From: Atractiella rhizophila
Taxonomy: Eukaryota
Reading direction: 5' to 3'
Assembly: GCA_021432655.1 (NCBI GenBank)
Contig: MU271616.1
Coordinates: 1 to 38,904, forward strand
Length of the DNA stretch: 38,904 bases
Shown: positions 24,587 through 37,600 of the stretch, in pieces
Layout of the letters: each line of letters opens with the position of its first letter
Position numbering within the stretch: the stretch's first letter is position 1
The notes under the pieces: model-generated
What the model was told of the DNA's origin: nothing
The model's input: the letters and a program-made list of their open reading frames with translations, nothing else
The model's database searches: none
Made by a program: the position numbers and the translations under genes

Positions 24587-27000
24587 ATGAAGTTTATTTG
24601 TAAACGTTGCAAAGAGCGACGTCTTCCATGTATTCAACAGAAGCTAGTCATTGGATGCATAAACTGTTTGGAGACTAAGGAACAGTGAGCGTTCAGGACC
24701 ACGAGTTGGCGAATCTAGATTGAACGTTGATTCTCTCATAGATGCGAGTTTTCTTATCGTCCCATCCTGCGTAGACATGAGCAAGGGTACGTGCTCGCCA
24801 ATCTAGATCTGAACATGTTGAGCATTCGATAATTCATTCCTGATCATATCCTCAGTGTGCGGACCAATAAACTCAAATCGAGCTACATGAACTCTTCGGA
24901 TCTCGCAAAAGACATCAAATTGCAACTATCAGGTAAACCTCGTAAACGTCAAAAGAGGAATCTCCCGAAAAAACAGCCCTCAGTTGCATCACGAGGAGAG
25001 AACCTGGACCAAATCTACGTGGGGGCGCTCAAGCTTGGCACATCGACCGCAAACGGCCGATTAGAGGTCAAAGAACGAAAGCGATCGCTCAGCAGCCATC
25101 TGTTCAATCTATCTCAACTGGACAGCGTAACGAAGGTGTTTTTATTCGACCCCTTGCTCGGGATATCCTCAAAGGCTTTCGCTTCCTGTGATGATTTTCA
25201 GAGGAATCCCAGCACTTTGGGCGGTTACGCGAATATCCTTCTTTCATGGTGTTTCGCATTGGCTGCCCGAACTTCTTCTCATCCCGACATTTTGGGCGGA
25301 TCCCATCCCGCCTCGATATCGATCCCTGAGGCAACCGATTGTTCTTCGGACGACTACAGATCTTTTTCTCGCCTCCGGCAAAACGCCGTCCTGGCGTTAA
25401 TAACCCATGCAGTTGATGCAGCATTGGAATATGGTTCTCCTTTGTATCGTCCATCGGAGAAAAGCGTTTTGGTTCTCTTGAACATTGCCCTGGCTTTTAC
25501 TTCAGATGTGAGGAACTCTAAGCTTCGGACCAACCTTGGTGACGTCCTACGGCTCTCCCTGCATCACTTCAACGTCCTTTGGGAGGTTGCACCTTCAACG
25601 TCAGAACGACAACGCTTAACCGATCGCTACCTTGAATACATTATCATGGCGAGTCTCCCCTTGACGATCACCGTCTTTCCGTCCTAACTGTACGACTGCT
25701 TCAGGTCGACAATAACTGGCAGCTTTATGGTGGTAGCGGCCCCATGCTGTTCGTTACATTCCCCTTGCAACACAGACCTGATCGTATTTGTTAGGAACTT
25801 GAGTCATTACATGAAATATCATCCGAATTCAGAATGGAAATTTTTCGTGTCTCCTGCCGCGTTTAGAATTGCGAACGTCCCCATGGACGGCTCGATGAAG
25901 AGTGTGGACTTGTCCTGGCGTTGTCTGGAAGCTATATTTCGGAACCTTGGACTCGTGGGTATATAGTTCCCTGCGATGATCCAGCCCAATACTAAGACAG
26001 TGGCTCAGGAAAAGCGATTGAGGATGGCAACGAACGGCAACTTGAGGCACTGCTTCTGGAGGTGGAAGAGGCACTCTGCTACTTCGCTTCGTGGCGCAAG
26101 AACGCCGTCAAAGCTGAATTCAACTTTACATCACCAAAGGAACACTCCTTATACACCTACCGCTCCACTGGAAAAGCAGAGGGTATCGTTTCTAGTCGAG
26201 TGATCACCAACAGTTATTTTAAATGCGCCCTTTGCTTGTTAACGAGGTTGTCAGGTGCCAAGCAGCGTTTTCCAGATAACATGATAGTGGCCCAGATGCA
26301 GTGTAGAGCGATGACTTCTCGTGGGAAACTCCTAGACGATTTGCTGCGTTACACCGCTGCAAACATTGCAATTAAACGGTTGTCTCATGAAGTCACGTAC
26401 TATTCGCAGAGTTATGAACTAGCAGCATTCAACCATGTCAGCTTTTTGTTTCCTCGTTCTCGATATTCCTGACAAGTTCTTAGTTGTTTCGCTGGCCAGA
26501 GGGGATAAAAGCCCTCGTCTCGCATGCTACAAAGAACATTCGAATTCAAGGTCACGTTGCGTTGTATGCATATCCTGTTCTTCCTAGTTCACAATGATTG
26601 AGCTAATGCGAGGTTATCAGAATCGTCGAACAGATGAAGTTCCTTAGCTGGAAGTCTTCTCATATCTCTCAGGCTCTTGATGATTTGGATGACGAGGTGA
26701 TGCGAGCCACCTCTGATAATGTTGAAAGGGCAAGCTTTCCCCTAGGATTGAATTCTGATGCTAATGACGAATACAATACCGTAGACAGAAGATTTCTATG
26801 AAGAACGCCCGATTTACATAGACGTCGCTGCAAAACCACCTTCTGCTTCACCACGGCTGGACGATTTCAGAAAAACCCTGCAGATTCTAACTTTGGGCGG
26901 CGCTGATCAAAACAGGTCACCAGCGCCATCGCTGGACGAATTTGAAAACACACTGCAATTACTTGTTTCTAGCGGGGTCGAGGAGTATGCCTTCCCTTGA
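24587..27000 (+). CDS. Full-length Zn(II)2Cys6 (GAL4-type) transcription factor, copy 2
   Basis: MKFICKRCKERRLPCIQQKLVIGCINCLETKEQ|C, followed by a long helical body across ORFs 24857-25687, 25727-25966 and 26062-26472. GC-AG introns at 25649-25704 and 26730-26784. Last exon ...SPRLDDFRKTL...APSLDEFENTL...AFP* (TGA 26998-27000). Confidence 0.82.
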
Positions 27001-27160
27001 ACAAGTACGATGAAACAATAGGCACGTTCCCCCATTGTTAGTTGGTGGTGAGAGCGGCAAACGAGTGAACAAAATTTGGAAGAGGGAAGAGAGTTTCCCA
27101 GTTACAAACTACATAAATACTGAACAAATACACCTTGTAGGACGCTTGAAGTCAACAAGG

Positions 27161-29332
27161 TTAGCAAACCTTCACCCTCGATACTGAAGGGTCGTGGTCG
27201 CTTGTGCGGTCATCGTACGAGACCCAGTTGTTGACATGAAGGTGCTCGACTTCAGCAGAAGGGGCAAGGAAGGAGGAGATGTAAGCGTGGTCGAGTTGTT
27301 GGTGGTTCATATCGAAAACATATGTGTAGCTAACGGAACGAAGACCAGTGGCGCATCGATGTGAGAAAAGCAGGAGGAAGACGGAAAGAAACAGTGGCTT
27401 ACCGCTCGAACGGATGAATGTTCGCGGCCTCATCAATAGAGACCAGGTACTTCTTCAATTTCTCCCAGACGGCCGTCGTTTGCCCATACTCATTGAAATC
27501 TCCTGAAACAATGATTGGCATATCAGGGTTGATGGTGAGAACGGACTCGACGAAGTCCTTAGCGAATCTGGATGAGTTCCGCGTTTGCTGGCTTAAGTAA
27601 ACAGAGACACGTACAGCAACTAGGTTGACTTGTTGGATCCTAACATCGACGGGAAGATTGACAGGCGGCCTAGCATCCCCGTGGATCGAGGTTGAGCCTC
27701 CTTTAGAAGACATATGCACGTTAATGGCAAGAACTTGTGCTCCACTGCCCTCCATTTCGAAGAGCGACACCAGAGGCTTTCTCGTCGCATCGTACACGTC
27801 ATTGGTAAGATCGATAAGTCCGGGATTGTAGCTGCATCCTCAAAGTAAGATATTTAGCAGAAGGAAGGAAGAAGGGAGACAAACTTGAGTGCAATTTTGC
27901 CATTGCCAGCATCACTTACGACGACGGTGTCGCTGAAGGTTCCCGGTGTGCCTGCTGCAAGTGTGATACGGTCCGAGCGGTAAAGCATGCCCACTCTGAT
28001 ATTCCCTCCAGGCTGTCCTCCATCCTTACCATCCTCAGGAGAAATGTACGTGAAATCGTACTGGACACCGGAGTCCTCGAAAATTGCGTCCGTAAAGGTG
28101 GTCAGCGTTCTGTTGGAAGTAGTTACGCCGTCGTTGGTCGGTCCAGTATCATCTTGAATCTCTTGAAGAAATACAATATCTGGGGTACGAAGGTACTGGG
28201 TAATTTGATCGGCTGAGCGTAGCTGGAAATTTAGTTCGAAGCACAGTGGGTAGTTTAGACAACGAACCTGCGGTCGGGAGGTGGACAGAGTTCCAGTACA
28301 TGTTTTCGACGTTGTAGTCTCCGAATACGAGCGTACAGCTTGCATCCTCTTCAGGGACGACAAGAGTAGTGGGCTCTTGAAGCGTCGTGTTGTGCGAAAT
28401 GACGACGGGTTTAGTGAGAGGGAGGATGCGGTAGAAGCCAAACTGGTTTGTCACGATTCCGGTGACTGTTTCAATCTTTGACCCAATCCACACGTCAGGG
28501 CTGTTGCTGTTATCTAACGGTCCCCTAATGACACATCAGCTCACGAGTCTTTAAGCATCACCATGATCCTACCCGATCACAATTGCCTCAGGATTGAGGT
28601 CGGGGTATCCATGCGAATCTGTAAGTCATCAGTCCAAGTCTTGAAATTCTAGAGAAGCATACCCTTTGTAATTGTAAGCCCACCTCTTTCGTTTATTCCT
28701 GTCGCGGGATAGTCACCTCTCACCCAAAACTCACCGTACGAATTCGGATATCCCACAACGATGGGGTTCGTGATAGTGACTAGCTTGCCCTTTAAGCTTT
28801 CCCAAAAGTCCAACCCGTATTTTGAAGGTTGTAATGGAGGATTGACCGCTGTGATTTGTGACTGATTATTAGGCACCGCCAGTATTCCACCAGCTTTTAG
28901 ATCGAGGGAAGTGTACTCCTGTGTAGGTGGGTGGAGTCCAGCGGCGCCAATGACGACAGGAGGAATGGTGATGCCGGATTGGACGACGGTGAAGTTCGAA
29001 GGGGAGGAAAGTTCGGTTTGGTAAGTGTAGTCCGCGCTGGAGCGATACATTTGAACCTTTCCGCTCAAACCAGTGAGCAAATCGCCCACAGCAACCTTAA
29101 TCCAAAAACCTGCCGCGCTGCTATCGTTAGATTTTGCCTGTTCATCTTACCGCTTAGTAACTTCAGCGAAGGAAGCTAGAATACCCACAGTGACGACTCC
29201 CGTGATATTTTGCACAGTTTGACCTGCATAGGGGGAGATGAAACCAGGACCATTGATGTCCACAATCTCGACGGCTCGAGCGGCTTGGAGAGCTGCAGCT
29301 ACAAAAGAGAGAGGAAGGAGAGAAGAATGCAT
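27161..29332 (-). CDS. Secreted endonuclease/exonuclease/phosphatase (DNase I-like EEP) nuclease with an N-terminal OB-fold
   Basis: Signal peptide MHSSLLPLSFVAAALQAARA; IVDINGPGFISPYAGQTV; GLDFWESL; DYNVEN; PDIVFLQEIQDD; DGGQPGGNIRV; NVHMSSK; SGDFNE; LDH; SDHDP. Confidence 0.92.
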
Positions 29333-29784
29333 GACGGGAAAGAACGTCTGAAGCTGCAGTACGCTGAGCCTTGCGACAACCACGAATGGGAAGCATGGTT
29401 GTGAGGCTAGTGGATTTTATTCGCTGTCGCGCCGAGAGAAAGAGGGAAATGCAACGTGAGTGATACACTGAAGGATCTTGAACGTGCGATAAGCTCCACA
29501 TGGTGCGGAATAACAAGTGTTGCAGGGAACTGTAAGTCCGACTTCTTCATTACTTCAAGAGCAACATCTCAACTGCGTCTGTATTGTTCCCTTTCTTTGC
29601 GGCCAAGACTGCTCTTGCCAATATAAGGCTCGAAGGATAAAGAGGAGCTCCACTTGAAATTGAAGCATCTACACATAAAGAGCCACGAGCCACATGCCTC
29701 AGGTCTACAACCTGCTGCATTGCTGGCAGGGAACTGTTTGTGCGAAAGTTTGAATGTTCATGGACATCTTCAAGTTCGTCTGGA

Positions 29785-30655
29785 TTACAAACCTTTATTT
29801 TTCTTCCCTTTCCCCCAAAAGAGCGCAACCGCACCAACTCTCTTCACCTCCACCTTCTCAAATGCATTTTCCATCACCCTTCTCAGATCCTCCTCGTTGT
29901 CCTTCCCATTGCCAAAGATACCCTGTTTAGTGTAAATCTCCATCAACTTCCTTCCTCCCCAGTTATGACCATCGCCAAGAATGGTCGCTCCATATAAAAT
30001 GCCATTTGGTTTGAGAGACGGAAGTGCAGCACGTAGGATGGCTGGGAGTTTCTCTGAGATTGGGGTTGGAAGACAATGGAGGAGATAGAAGAGTGAGATG
30101 GAGTCGAATGTCTCCTTTTCTTCAGCTGACAAAGGCTCGAAACAGCTTTTCTTCCGGGTCACCACTGCTCCTTGGAAAACTTTTCCAGCTCCCGCACTGT
30201 GTACTTTGGCAGACAATCCCCTCTTTCTCGCAGCGTTGAGCGTATCCTCATTCACATCCATGAAAACAAGGGTTTCCAAGTTTTTCATCTCTTCAATGGA
30301 ATGAGCAGGGTACCATCCTGTCCCGACGCCAATGTCGAGGTGCCGCTTGGAAGTTGAAAGGTGTGTCTGAAAGAAAGGGAGAAGGACCTCCTTTGTGGGA
30401 CATCGCCAGGCATAAGTGTTGGATAGAGAGAGGACGACGATGTCGTAAACGCGCAGGAGTAAGGGAACGGAGTAAACACGAGCGCTCGCAGGAGAGTCTG
30501 ATGAGTAACAATTCTTAGCTAGAAGTCCAACGCACTAATGAAGGGGACGAACTGTGGTTAGGCCGAATGAGGTGATAGAACCGAACCAGGAGGCTCAAAG
30601 GCGAAACGACTAGCCCAAAAAGTAGTCCGCTGACGATGCTGGAAGAGCGCGTCAT
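29785..30655 (-). CDS. Class I SAM-dependent methyltransferase with an N-terminal hydrophobic segment
   Basis: Exon 1 MTRSSSIVSGLLFGLVVSPLSLLVRFYHLIRPNH and intron 30552-30498, then VYSVPLLLRVYDIVVLSLSNTYAWRCPT...HLDIGVGTG (motif I)...MDVN...FDSISLFYLLHCLP...LKPNGILYGATILG. Confidence 0.88.
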
Positions 30656-31143
30656 TCACCTCTGCAAGTTGTTTGCCTTGATCAATTTGCAAGAGTAGTA
30701 TCGTGGGAGGTTTCATGGTTGCTAGCTCTCCTTTTATGTCCTATTCCAAGTTTCTTTCGCTCTTAGTACACGCCGAGATTCGCAGAACTTCGGGCAGTAG
30801 TGTTGTTGCTCTCTGCTGCGTGCTCGGGAAAGTACAGATAGCCTACATAAAGAGAGGAGCCATTGGTCACTGGCGCGATCGAGGAAATAGTCATAAATTG
30901 CTTTAGTCAAGACTTTTGGTGGTAGGCCATAAAATTGGTAGAATTATTGGTTTCCATGCAGCTTAATAGTTACAGAGTGAACCCTTCGGAAGGCAATACT
31001 CGTCATCCGACACTAACTGTCCAAAATCGAAGCCGAAATGGGAATAATGGTGCGCCATCATGGCAACTAACATAATCCAAAATCAATCGTATCAGGTAAA
31101 CAGATGTCCATACTTCGGCTACCAAGGATTAAATAGGTTCAGC

Positions 31144-34100
31144 TCAGCCTTGGAAGACATAAATTGTAATGTCTATTATGTCGTTCAGCAGGCATTCACA
31201 AATGTACAAGGGAACGGGACGTACAAACTACCGCGCCGATGAATCTGATTGCCGCTAGTCCAGCCACGGAATAAAGCAGGAAGCTTAGGTACCCATTGAC
31301 TTTTGCGTTCGAGGTTCCCGTTTCGGTAGAGATAGACTGGTTGGCGTCAGTCGACCTATATCAATCATGCACTCTTAGTGCACTCTACCACGAAAATGAC
31401 AAAAACCGCACAGGATCGCAGCGACAAGGGCACCGTTCGTCAATGCCCAAGCGAGGACGACATTCGTACGGATGTTCCGATAGGCATCTTCTATCCGTGT
31501 CGCTTCGTCTATCTTCGTCACTGGGGGAGGAGGCTTGCTTGCTAACACATGTACAGCATCTTCGTAGGCCGCGTCGATGTCCTTTTCTCTCGTTCAGGGT
31601 GATCATCACGGAGAGAGGAATACACCCACCTCCTTCTCCGTCGGCACAGCCACATCCACAGTGTTGCCCTTCCCCTCTCCTGTTGTCTTTACCACACCAA
31701 GATCCGTCTCGACTTTGTTATCGCCTTTCGTTCCCCATGATACGTCATGCACGTTACAGAATGCATACCTAAGCCACCATTGTCAATATCAGTAAAAGAG
31801 AGAGTAAAGGTCGCACGTGTTGATGACGTTAATCCATGAAGGAGCGAGCAAGATGTACTGGATGAACGAGGTGAACATGTGCCAAGGCTCAAAGAAGATC
31901 AGGGAAGCGATGAGGTATAGACCGTAAGTTGCCAGGAGAGATATGACAATGTTCCGGAAGATGCTACCCATTGTATCACATCAGGGACACCTCTGGACGA
32001 AATGGTTGAAGACGAAAGCTCACGTATTAGAGAACACGTCGCTCAGCGAAAAGCTCCCATTATCCTCCTCAATCGCATCTTTTGCATTCTGGATCCCCTT
32101 GAAGGTGATGAAGAAGGCGGCAAAGGTGATGTAGATGGTGATAAATGCATAAGCGACCATTGCGATCGTGAATGACACTTTGCTGCCTTGCGGTCGGTTC
32201 CCCATTGCGAGAAGGAAACAGCCAATAAGTATGCCGATGTAAATGTAGTTGAGGATATCATTGAAGACTTTGATCCAGCCTCCAATACCGAAGGTTTTGT
32301 CTTCTAACGAATTCGAGAGGATATACTATTCCATGTCATCAGCAACGGTGAAAGGAGCCAGGACATGGACTGACAAAAGCAATGTAAAAATTTCCTAGTG
32401 CAAACCAGGAGAATATAAGGTTGAAGACCTGATAGAAGAACTCGACGTGCAGCCAGAACTTCCGGATGAAGGAGTGGTCGGAGCGATAGAGATATCCGAA
32501 GTGAGTCACAGAGTGAATAGCGGCGAAGAAGGATCCTTCATAAGTCCATCAGATGCGAACTCATGAGACGAAGGGAGAAAACGTACCATTCAGCCACCGA
32601 CGACGTTGAGAGATCAGCTCGGGTACTTGATCAGGTACATCAGTGATGGCACTATCCGAATCTCCTTCAGGACAAGCACCAACTGTTCGAGGTTGAAAAG
32701 AACGCACTAAGCGCTCTTCACGTATCTGAGGACCCAACCACAATTCCTCTTCGACACGAGCTCCCAACACAGAATCCTATCCTCAGCCAGATACATATTC
32801 TTATCCCAAAGATTGGCGTCCGCATTCGTATGCAGCTTCTCTCCCTTGAAATACTCCTTCAGCGGGCCTTCTCCAAGCTCATTGTTCTGGAGTGCAGTGT
32901 AACGGTAAGCGGAGAAGGCACCGGGTAAGACGGTGATGTATCCGAAGACGGATTCAAGGGGTTTGTCGAGAATGTCTAACCCAGTCACACTCCATCAAGC
33001 AATTGAAGAATGAGGTGGGACCAAACACACTCGAGATCTTGTACTCAAAATTCTGGGCAGCAACCAACGGGTTGATCAAATTCTTCAAGTACCTTCCCTT
33101 GAGAGCGACGATTTCACCACAAGCACCACCGACGTTCGAATTGACATCAAAAGTTTTCCACAGATGATAAATCGATTTCGGTCCCGGCTGCGTTCCCACA
33201 TCGAGGAGGACACAGACGTTGGGTTTGAGTAGGCGACCGAACGCGTTGAAGAACCAGCGATGGGAGTTGATTTTCTTCTGATTCTTCTCTTTCAAACAAA
33301 ACAGGATTTGAATGGGTACTGCTTGGCCTTTCGAGTTTTCGGTGGAGCGGAATTGGAGGGAGGGGTCGACGTAGACTTGGGTCGTGTATTCGTAGATGTG
33401 TGCGGTTACAGGTTTGGCTTCTCCGTCTCTTTCGACTGTGCGTCATCCAACAAGCTTCATCAATGAAACTATGTTGATGAAGAAAGGAGAGGAGAGACGC
33501 ACTGATATTCTTTGCTACTCCTTCTTGGTACACCCCCATTCCTGCCAGGACTGACAGAGTGCGCGAATTGATTTTTGATCGTCCATCCGACACAATACAG
33601 ACCACGACCTTGCATTGAAATTTTCACGTTTATGCCTCACGCGTAATTGAAAGATACACACCTTCTTCCACCCATCACTACCCCAAGTTTTGCTCCTCTC
33701 CCTCGTACAAAGGTGTTGAATATTCTTAATGACGCCATGCATCGTCCTCGTAAACAACTCTTCATCTTCATTATACCTAGGGAACAATCAGTCTTCAGGA
33801 TTATAGATAGAGACACAGAAGCGACTTACATGGTCATCACGATAAACAACTCGGTGCGGCGTGGCGGGTCGTATAATACCTGGCGAAGGGAATACTTTTC
33901 ACTTTCAAAGTCGTCTGGATCACAAGTCGCAGCCGTGTACCTGTCAGTTAGCAACAGCAGCGTCAGTATCCGTCGTAACCTTCTGGACCAAACAGTCTGC
34001 CCTTCTCACACGGCAGTAAGGAGGAGACAAATGTGGCCGTGATAATGAGCGACCCACTTGCTCGACCCTTCCCAGAAATTTAAAAGACAAACCTCATGTG

Positions 34101-34781
34101 TGTGAATTCCCTCCCTCCCTTCTCCTTGCTTAAACTCAACAACTTTCCCGGGACTTTACAATCATAAACGAAGTTTCCATTATACAATTCCATCCTCTTC
34201 ACCGTCTTATACCTCCTAGGCTGCCTCTGCGGTATGCGTCCATACCTCACATTCGATTCCTCGTCTTGTCCATTTCCGCGAAACGCGAATCCACCAGGGA
34301 AGGGAGGCATGGACATTTCGCTATTATGCAAGAGCGGCGCATTATCGTCCATATGCACGCCTTGATGGTTATGCGACGACGGCGCGCTGTGTCTGTTATC
34401 CGCAGGATAGGGGAGCTCTGCTTCTCCCGGCGTCTCGAAGGGATTCGGGAGGCCACCGGCACCCGTTTGGTCTGTCGGATGGGTAGAAAAGCCCGGACCA
34501 CCGTAGGATACTTCTGGCGCGGCATCGTAGGCTGTATGGCGGGGCGACTGGGGGAGGGGGAGGTGTTGTGGATAGGTGGGCGAGGTTGGCGAGTGCGGAT
34601 TGGGATGGGAGTAGTCGTAGTCGCCTCGCAATGGGACTTGCTGGTAGTTGGAGTATGAGGCTTCGGGGTAGTGATGTCCTTGTCCTCCAGAGATGGGCGG
34701 TGGTGACGCTGGATTGCGCGAGTAGGGATAGGCAGACATGTCGTAGGAGTCCCGCGGTGAGCCGGGGTTGGGATAGGCCAT
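31144..34781 (-). CDS. Chitin synthase, division 1 (class I/II)
   Basis: [79 protein letters not shown]. The inferred C-terminus is [16 protein letters not shown] (last exon less certain). Confidence 0.95.
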
Positions 34782-35367
34782 ACTGACGCAGTCGTAAGTG
34801 GTAAGAGGAAGCGGTAGAAGGCAGGTAGGAAGAGCTCTGAGCGTTTATGGTCGTTAAGTGCGTTGAGGAAGCTCCTGAATGGATCCGATAAATCCGAGTG
34901 TTTGCGAGGGGGAGGTGGAACAAGAGTCAACAACAACACGACTACCATGATCGTGCTGGTGCTGGCATTTCGGAGCATGCGTGAGGCGTTTGGTTGCACA
35001 GAACATATTGATGGGTTTGTCGGACCAGTGGATTCATGATCTGGTACGTAGCCAATTGATACTGCAAGCCGCGGAGCATGGAGCCTGGGATACCATCCTA
35101 TAACAACGTCTTCCTTGCATGATTATAGAATATTTAAATTTTTATTTCATTTGTTGCTGCAGCAAGCTGAATCATTGTGAAGCTGTTGCTGTGTACCGTT
35201 CAACTGCACGTTCAATCTTCATCTGCATGCTGGTAGGGTCTGTTCTTCGCAAGACTTGAATTAGCTCATTAGCGGGAACATCTACGATGATAGAAGATGA
35301 AGCATCCATAGGCGAGCTTTGTTCCCATGTTGAAAATCAATAAACAACTTTAGCAACGGCTACTAAG

Positions 35368-37453
35368 CTAATTTCTCAGAAGAGAATCATAGTAGCCAGT
35401 GCCGTTTCCAGGGACAAACGACAGCGTTTCCTTGAAGTCGTCCAACGTTGCCGGTACCTTCTGAAGGGTCAATCGGTTGTTAAAGAAAGTCTATCCCATA
35501 TTCATTCATTCAACGCCTGGGTTGAACCTGCCTGGAAAACTGACCGTGTCAAAATCGCTGGCTGCAGCTCGTGCAAACGCCTCCTCAAACTCGTCCAGAG
35601 CGCGAGAGACTCGAGGATACTTCCAACTGAGGAATTTCATTCGTTTGATCATCCTAAACGCTCATCATAAATTAGGCTAACCGTTGTCATGTGTTTTATG
35701 CAGAGGAGGGCACACAAATTCATGTATGGTTGAATCTTGTCGCTCCTGTAAACGTATGAAGCGACGGCTCTCATCCCTTCTTTCCAGTGCAACAGCTACG
35801 AATTCGTCAGCAGCTGAACACTGAATACCGATATCTCTGACGCTTACGTATCCGAGAGCGGTGAGATCGTAGGTGTATGAGTGGAAAGTGAACTCCTGAC
35901 AGAGATCCTTGATCACAATGTTCGCGGCCGTGTACCGCAACACACCGTCAAGGAGTTCTTCATGAGCCGCCATCGCTTTAGAGTAAAGCTGAGCTACGAT
36001 GTTATTATGAGGAAAATACTTCGTGGCCTCGGATAGTCTCGTTAATAACCGAAAAGCGCACTTGAAGTAGCAGCAGGTGACAATGCGACTGAATACCACG
36101 TTCTCTGTCCTTCCGGTGAAGCGACAAGGGGTACAAAGAGTGCTGCTTAGGCGAAATGAACTTGAGTTCGGCTTTTACCGATTTCTTGCGCCACGTAGCG
36201 AAATGAGAAAGCGCATCCTCGGCATCTAGAAGAAGCGACTCTAAGAGTACTTCGTCTCGCTTTTCCATTGCTTTGCCTGANNNNNNNNNNNNNNNNNNNN
36301 NNNNNNNNNNNNNNNNNNNNNNNNNNNNNNNNNNNNNNNNNNNNNNNNNNNNNNNNNNNNNNNNNNNNNNNNNNNNNNNNNNNNNNNNNNNNNNNNNNNN
36401 NNNNNNNNNNNNNNNNNNNNNNNNNNNNNNNNNNNNNNNNNNNNNNNNNNNNNNNNNNNNNNNNNNNNNNNNNNNNNNNNNNNNNNNNNNNNNNNNNNNN
36501 NNNNNNNNNNNNNNNNNNNNNNNNNNNNNNNNNNNNNNNNNNNNNNNNNNNNNNNNNNNNNNNNNNNNNNNNNNNNNNNNNNNNNNNNNNNNNNNNNNNN
36601 NNNNNNNNNNNNNNNNNNNNNNNNNNNNNNNNNNNNNNNNNNNNNNNNNNNNNNNNNNNNNNNNNNNNNNNNNNNNNNNNNNNNNNNNNNNNNNNNNAAA
36701 GATCGATAGTCGTCACAATATTGACCAGTCGCTTCAGGGATCGAAGAGACGTATGCTCCGCCCAAGATCTCAGAGTGCGCAGATATCCGAGCAGCAGACG
36801 CGAAACACCACAATAGAAGAATGTTCGCCCCACGCCCCACGATGCTGGCATTCCTTTGAAAATCTTCGCAAGAGCTGAGAGCGCTCTCGGGCGTTCCGAA
36901 CAAGCGGTCGAGCAAGAAACGCTTCGCGGATTCGTCGAGCTGAGAAATGGCGAATAGATGATTGCTGAGGGAACGCTTTCGTCCAGCAGTCCCTAAACGG
37001 TCGCTCGCTGTAGTTTTCCCAAGCTTGAGCGCCGCCAAAAGAACTCTGTCGAACTTCTCCACTGGTGATTTAATCGACGCGGTCTTTTTGGAGACAAGTT
37101 TCTTCGAAGCTTTCCTCGTCGACTGCTGGCCGATGTCTTTCGCGAGTTCCAAAGATGTCGAATAATTTGGTTTCAGTTTCTCAATGCGCACGCTGGGTGA
37201 TCAGAAATTAGAAATTAATCTCCATCCTCTAGCTTCGTGATGGCGCACCCTTGTTGACGTTTACGGAGGACGGGACGATGAGAAAATTCGCATCTACGCA
37301 AGAACCAAGATTTAGTCGATTCGACAGCAACCACTAGGTACTCCTGAACGCTCACTGTTCCTTAATTGCCGAACAGCTTAGGCATCCAAAGGCCAACTTT
37401 CGCTTAATGCAGCGAATGTTATTTTCTTCGCAGCGCTTACAGATAGAATTCAT
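35368..37453 (-). CDS. Zn(II)2Cys6 transcription factor paralog (copy 3), inverted; spans the N-gap and has an apparent +1 frameshift (possible pseudogene)
   Basis: MNSICKRCEENNIRCIKRKLAFGCLSCSAIKEQ|CEF with matching intron positions to copy 2 where compared. Colinear blocks RKRSLSNHLF, WRKKSVKAELKF, YFKCAF, RYTAANI and MKFLSWK. Last exon PATLDDFKETL...LRN*. Confidence 0.78.
36281..36697. other. Assembly gap (417 N)
   Basis: Run of N characters. Confidence 1.
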
Positions 37454-37600
37454 GGCACTTTTGAGACTCGAGTTCGGTACTTGCTTCAGAGGATTTAAAC
37501 GATGTCAAATACAGCAACGCTTTTCATGCAATTGTTTTCCGAAAGATTTTCGCGGTCTACCCTTGTCCCCGAAAGATGGTGCTGGTGAAACGAGTACCCT

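Larger units (their letters stand above)
21929..25197. repeat. Direct tandem segmental duplication: unit A 21929-23567, unit B 23569-25197
   Basis: Near-identical ~1.63 kb blocks with scattered substitutions and small indels. The junction reads GATGATTT-A-TCCGTCTTCGAA at 23560-23580. Confidence 0.95.

Noticed and set aside
34247..34999. 250-aa and 175-aa alternative-frame ORFs
   Set aside because: They overlap the Pro-rich first exon of chitin synthase in other frames, and their openness is explained by GC-rich low-complexity coding sequence.
36147..36878. Long ORFs containing X runs
   Set aside because: Artefacts of translating through the N-gap.
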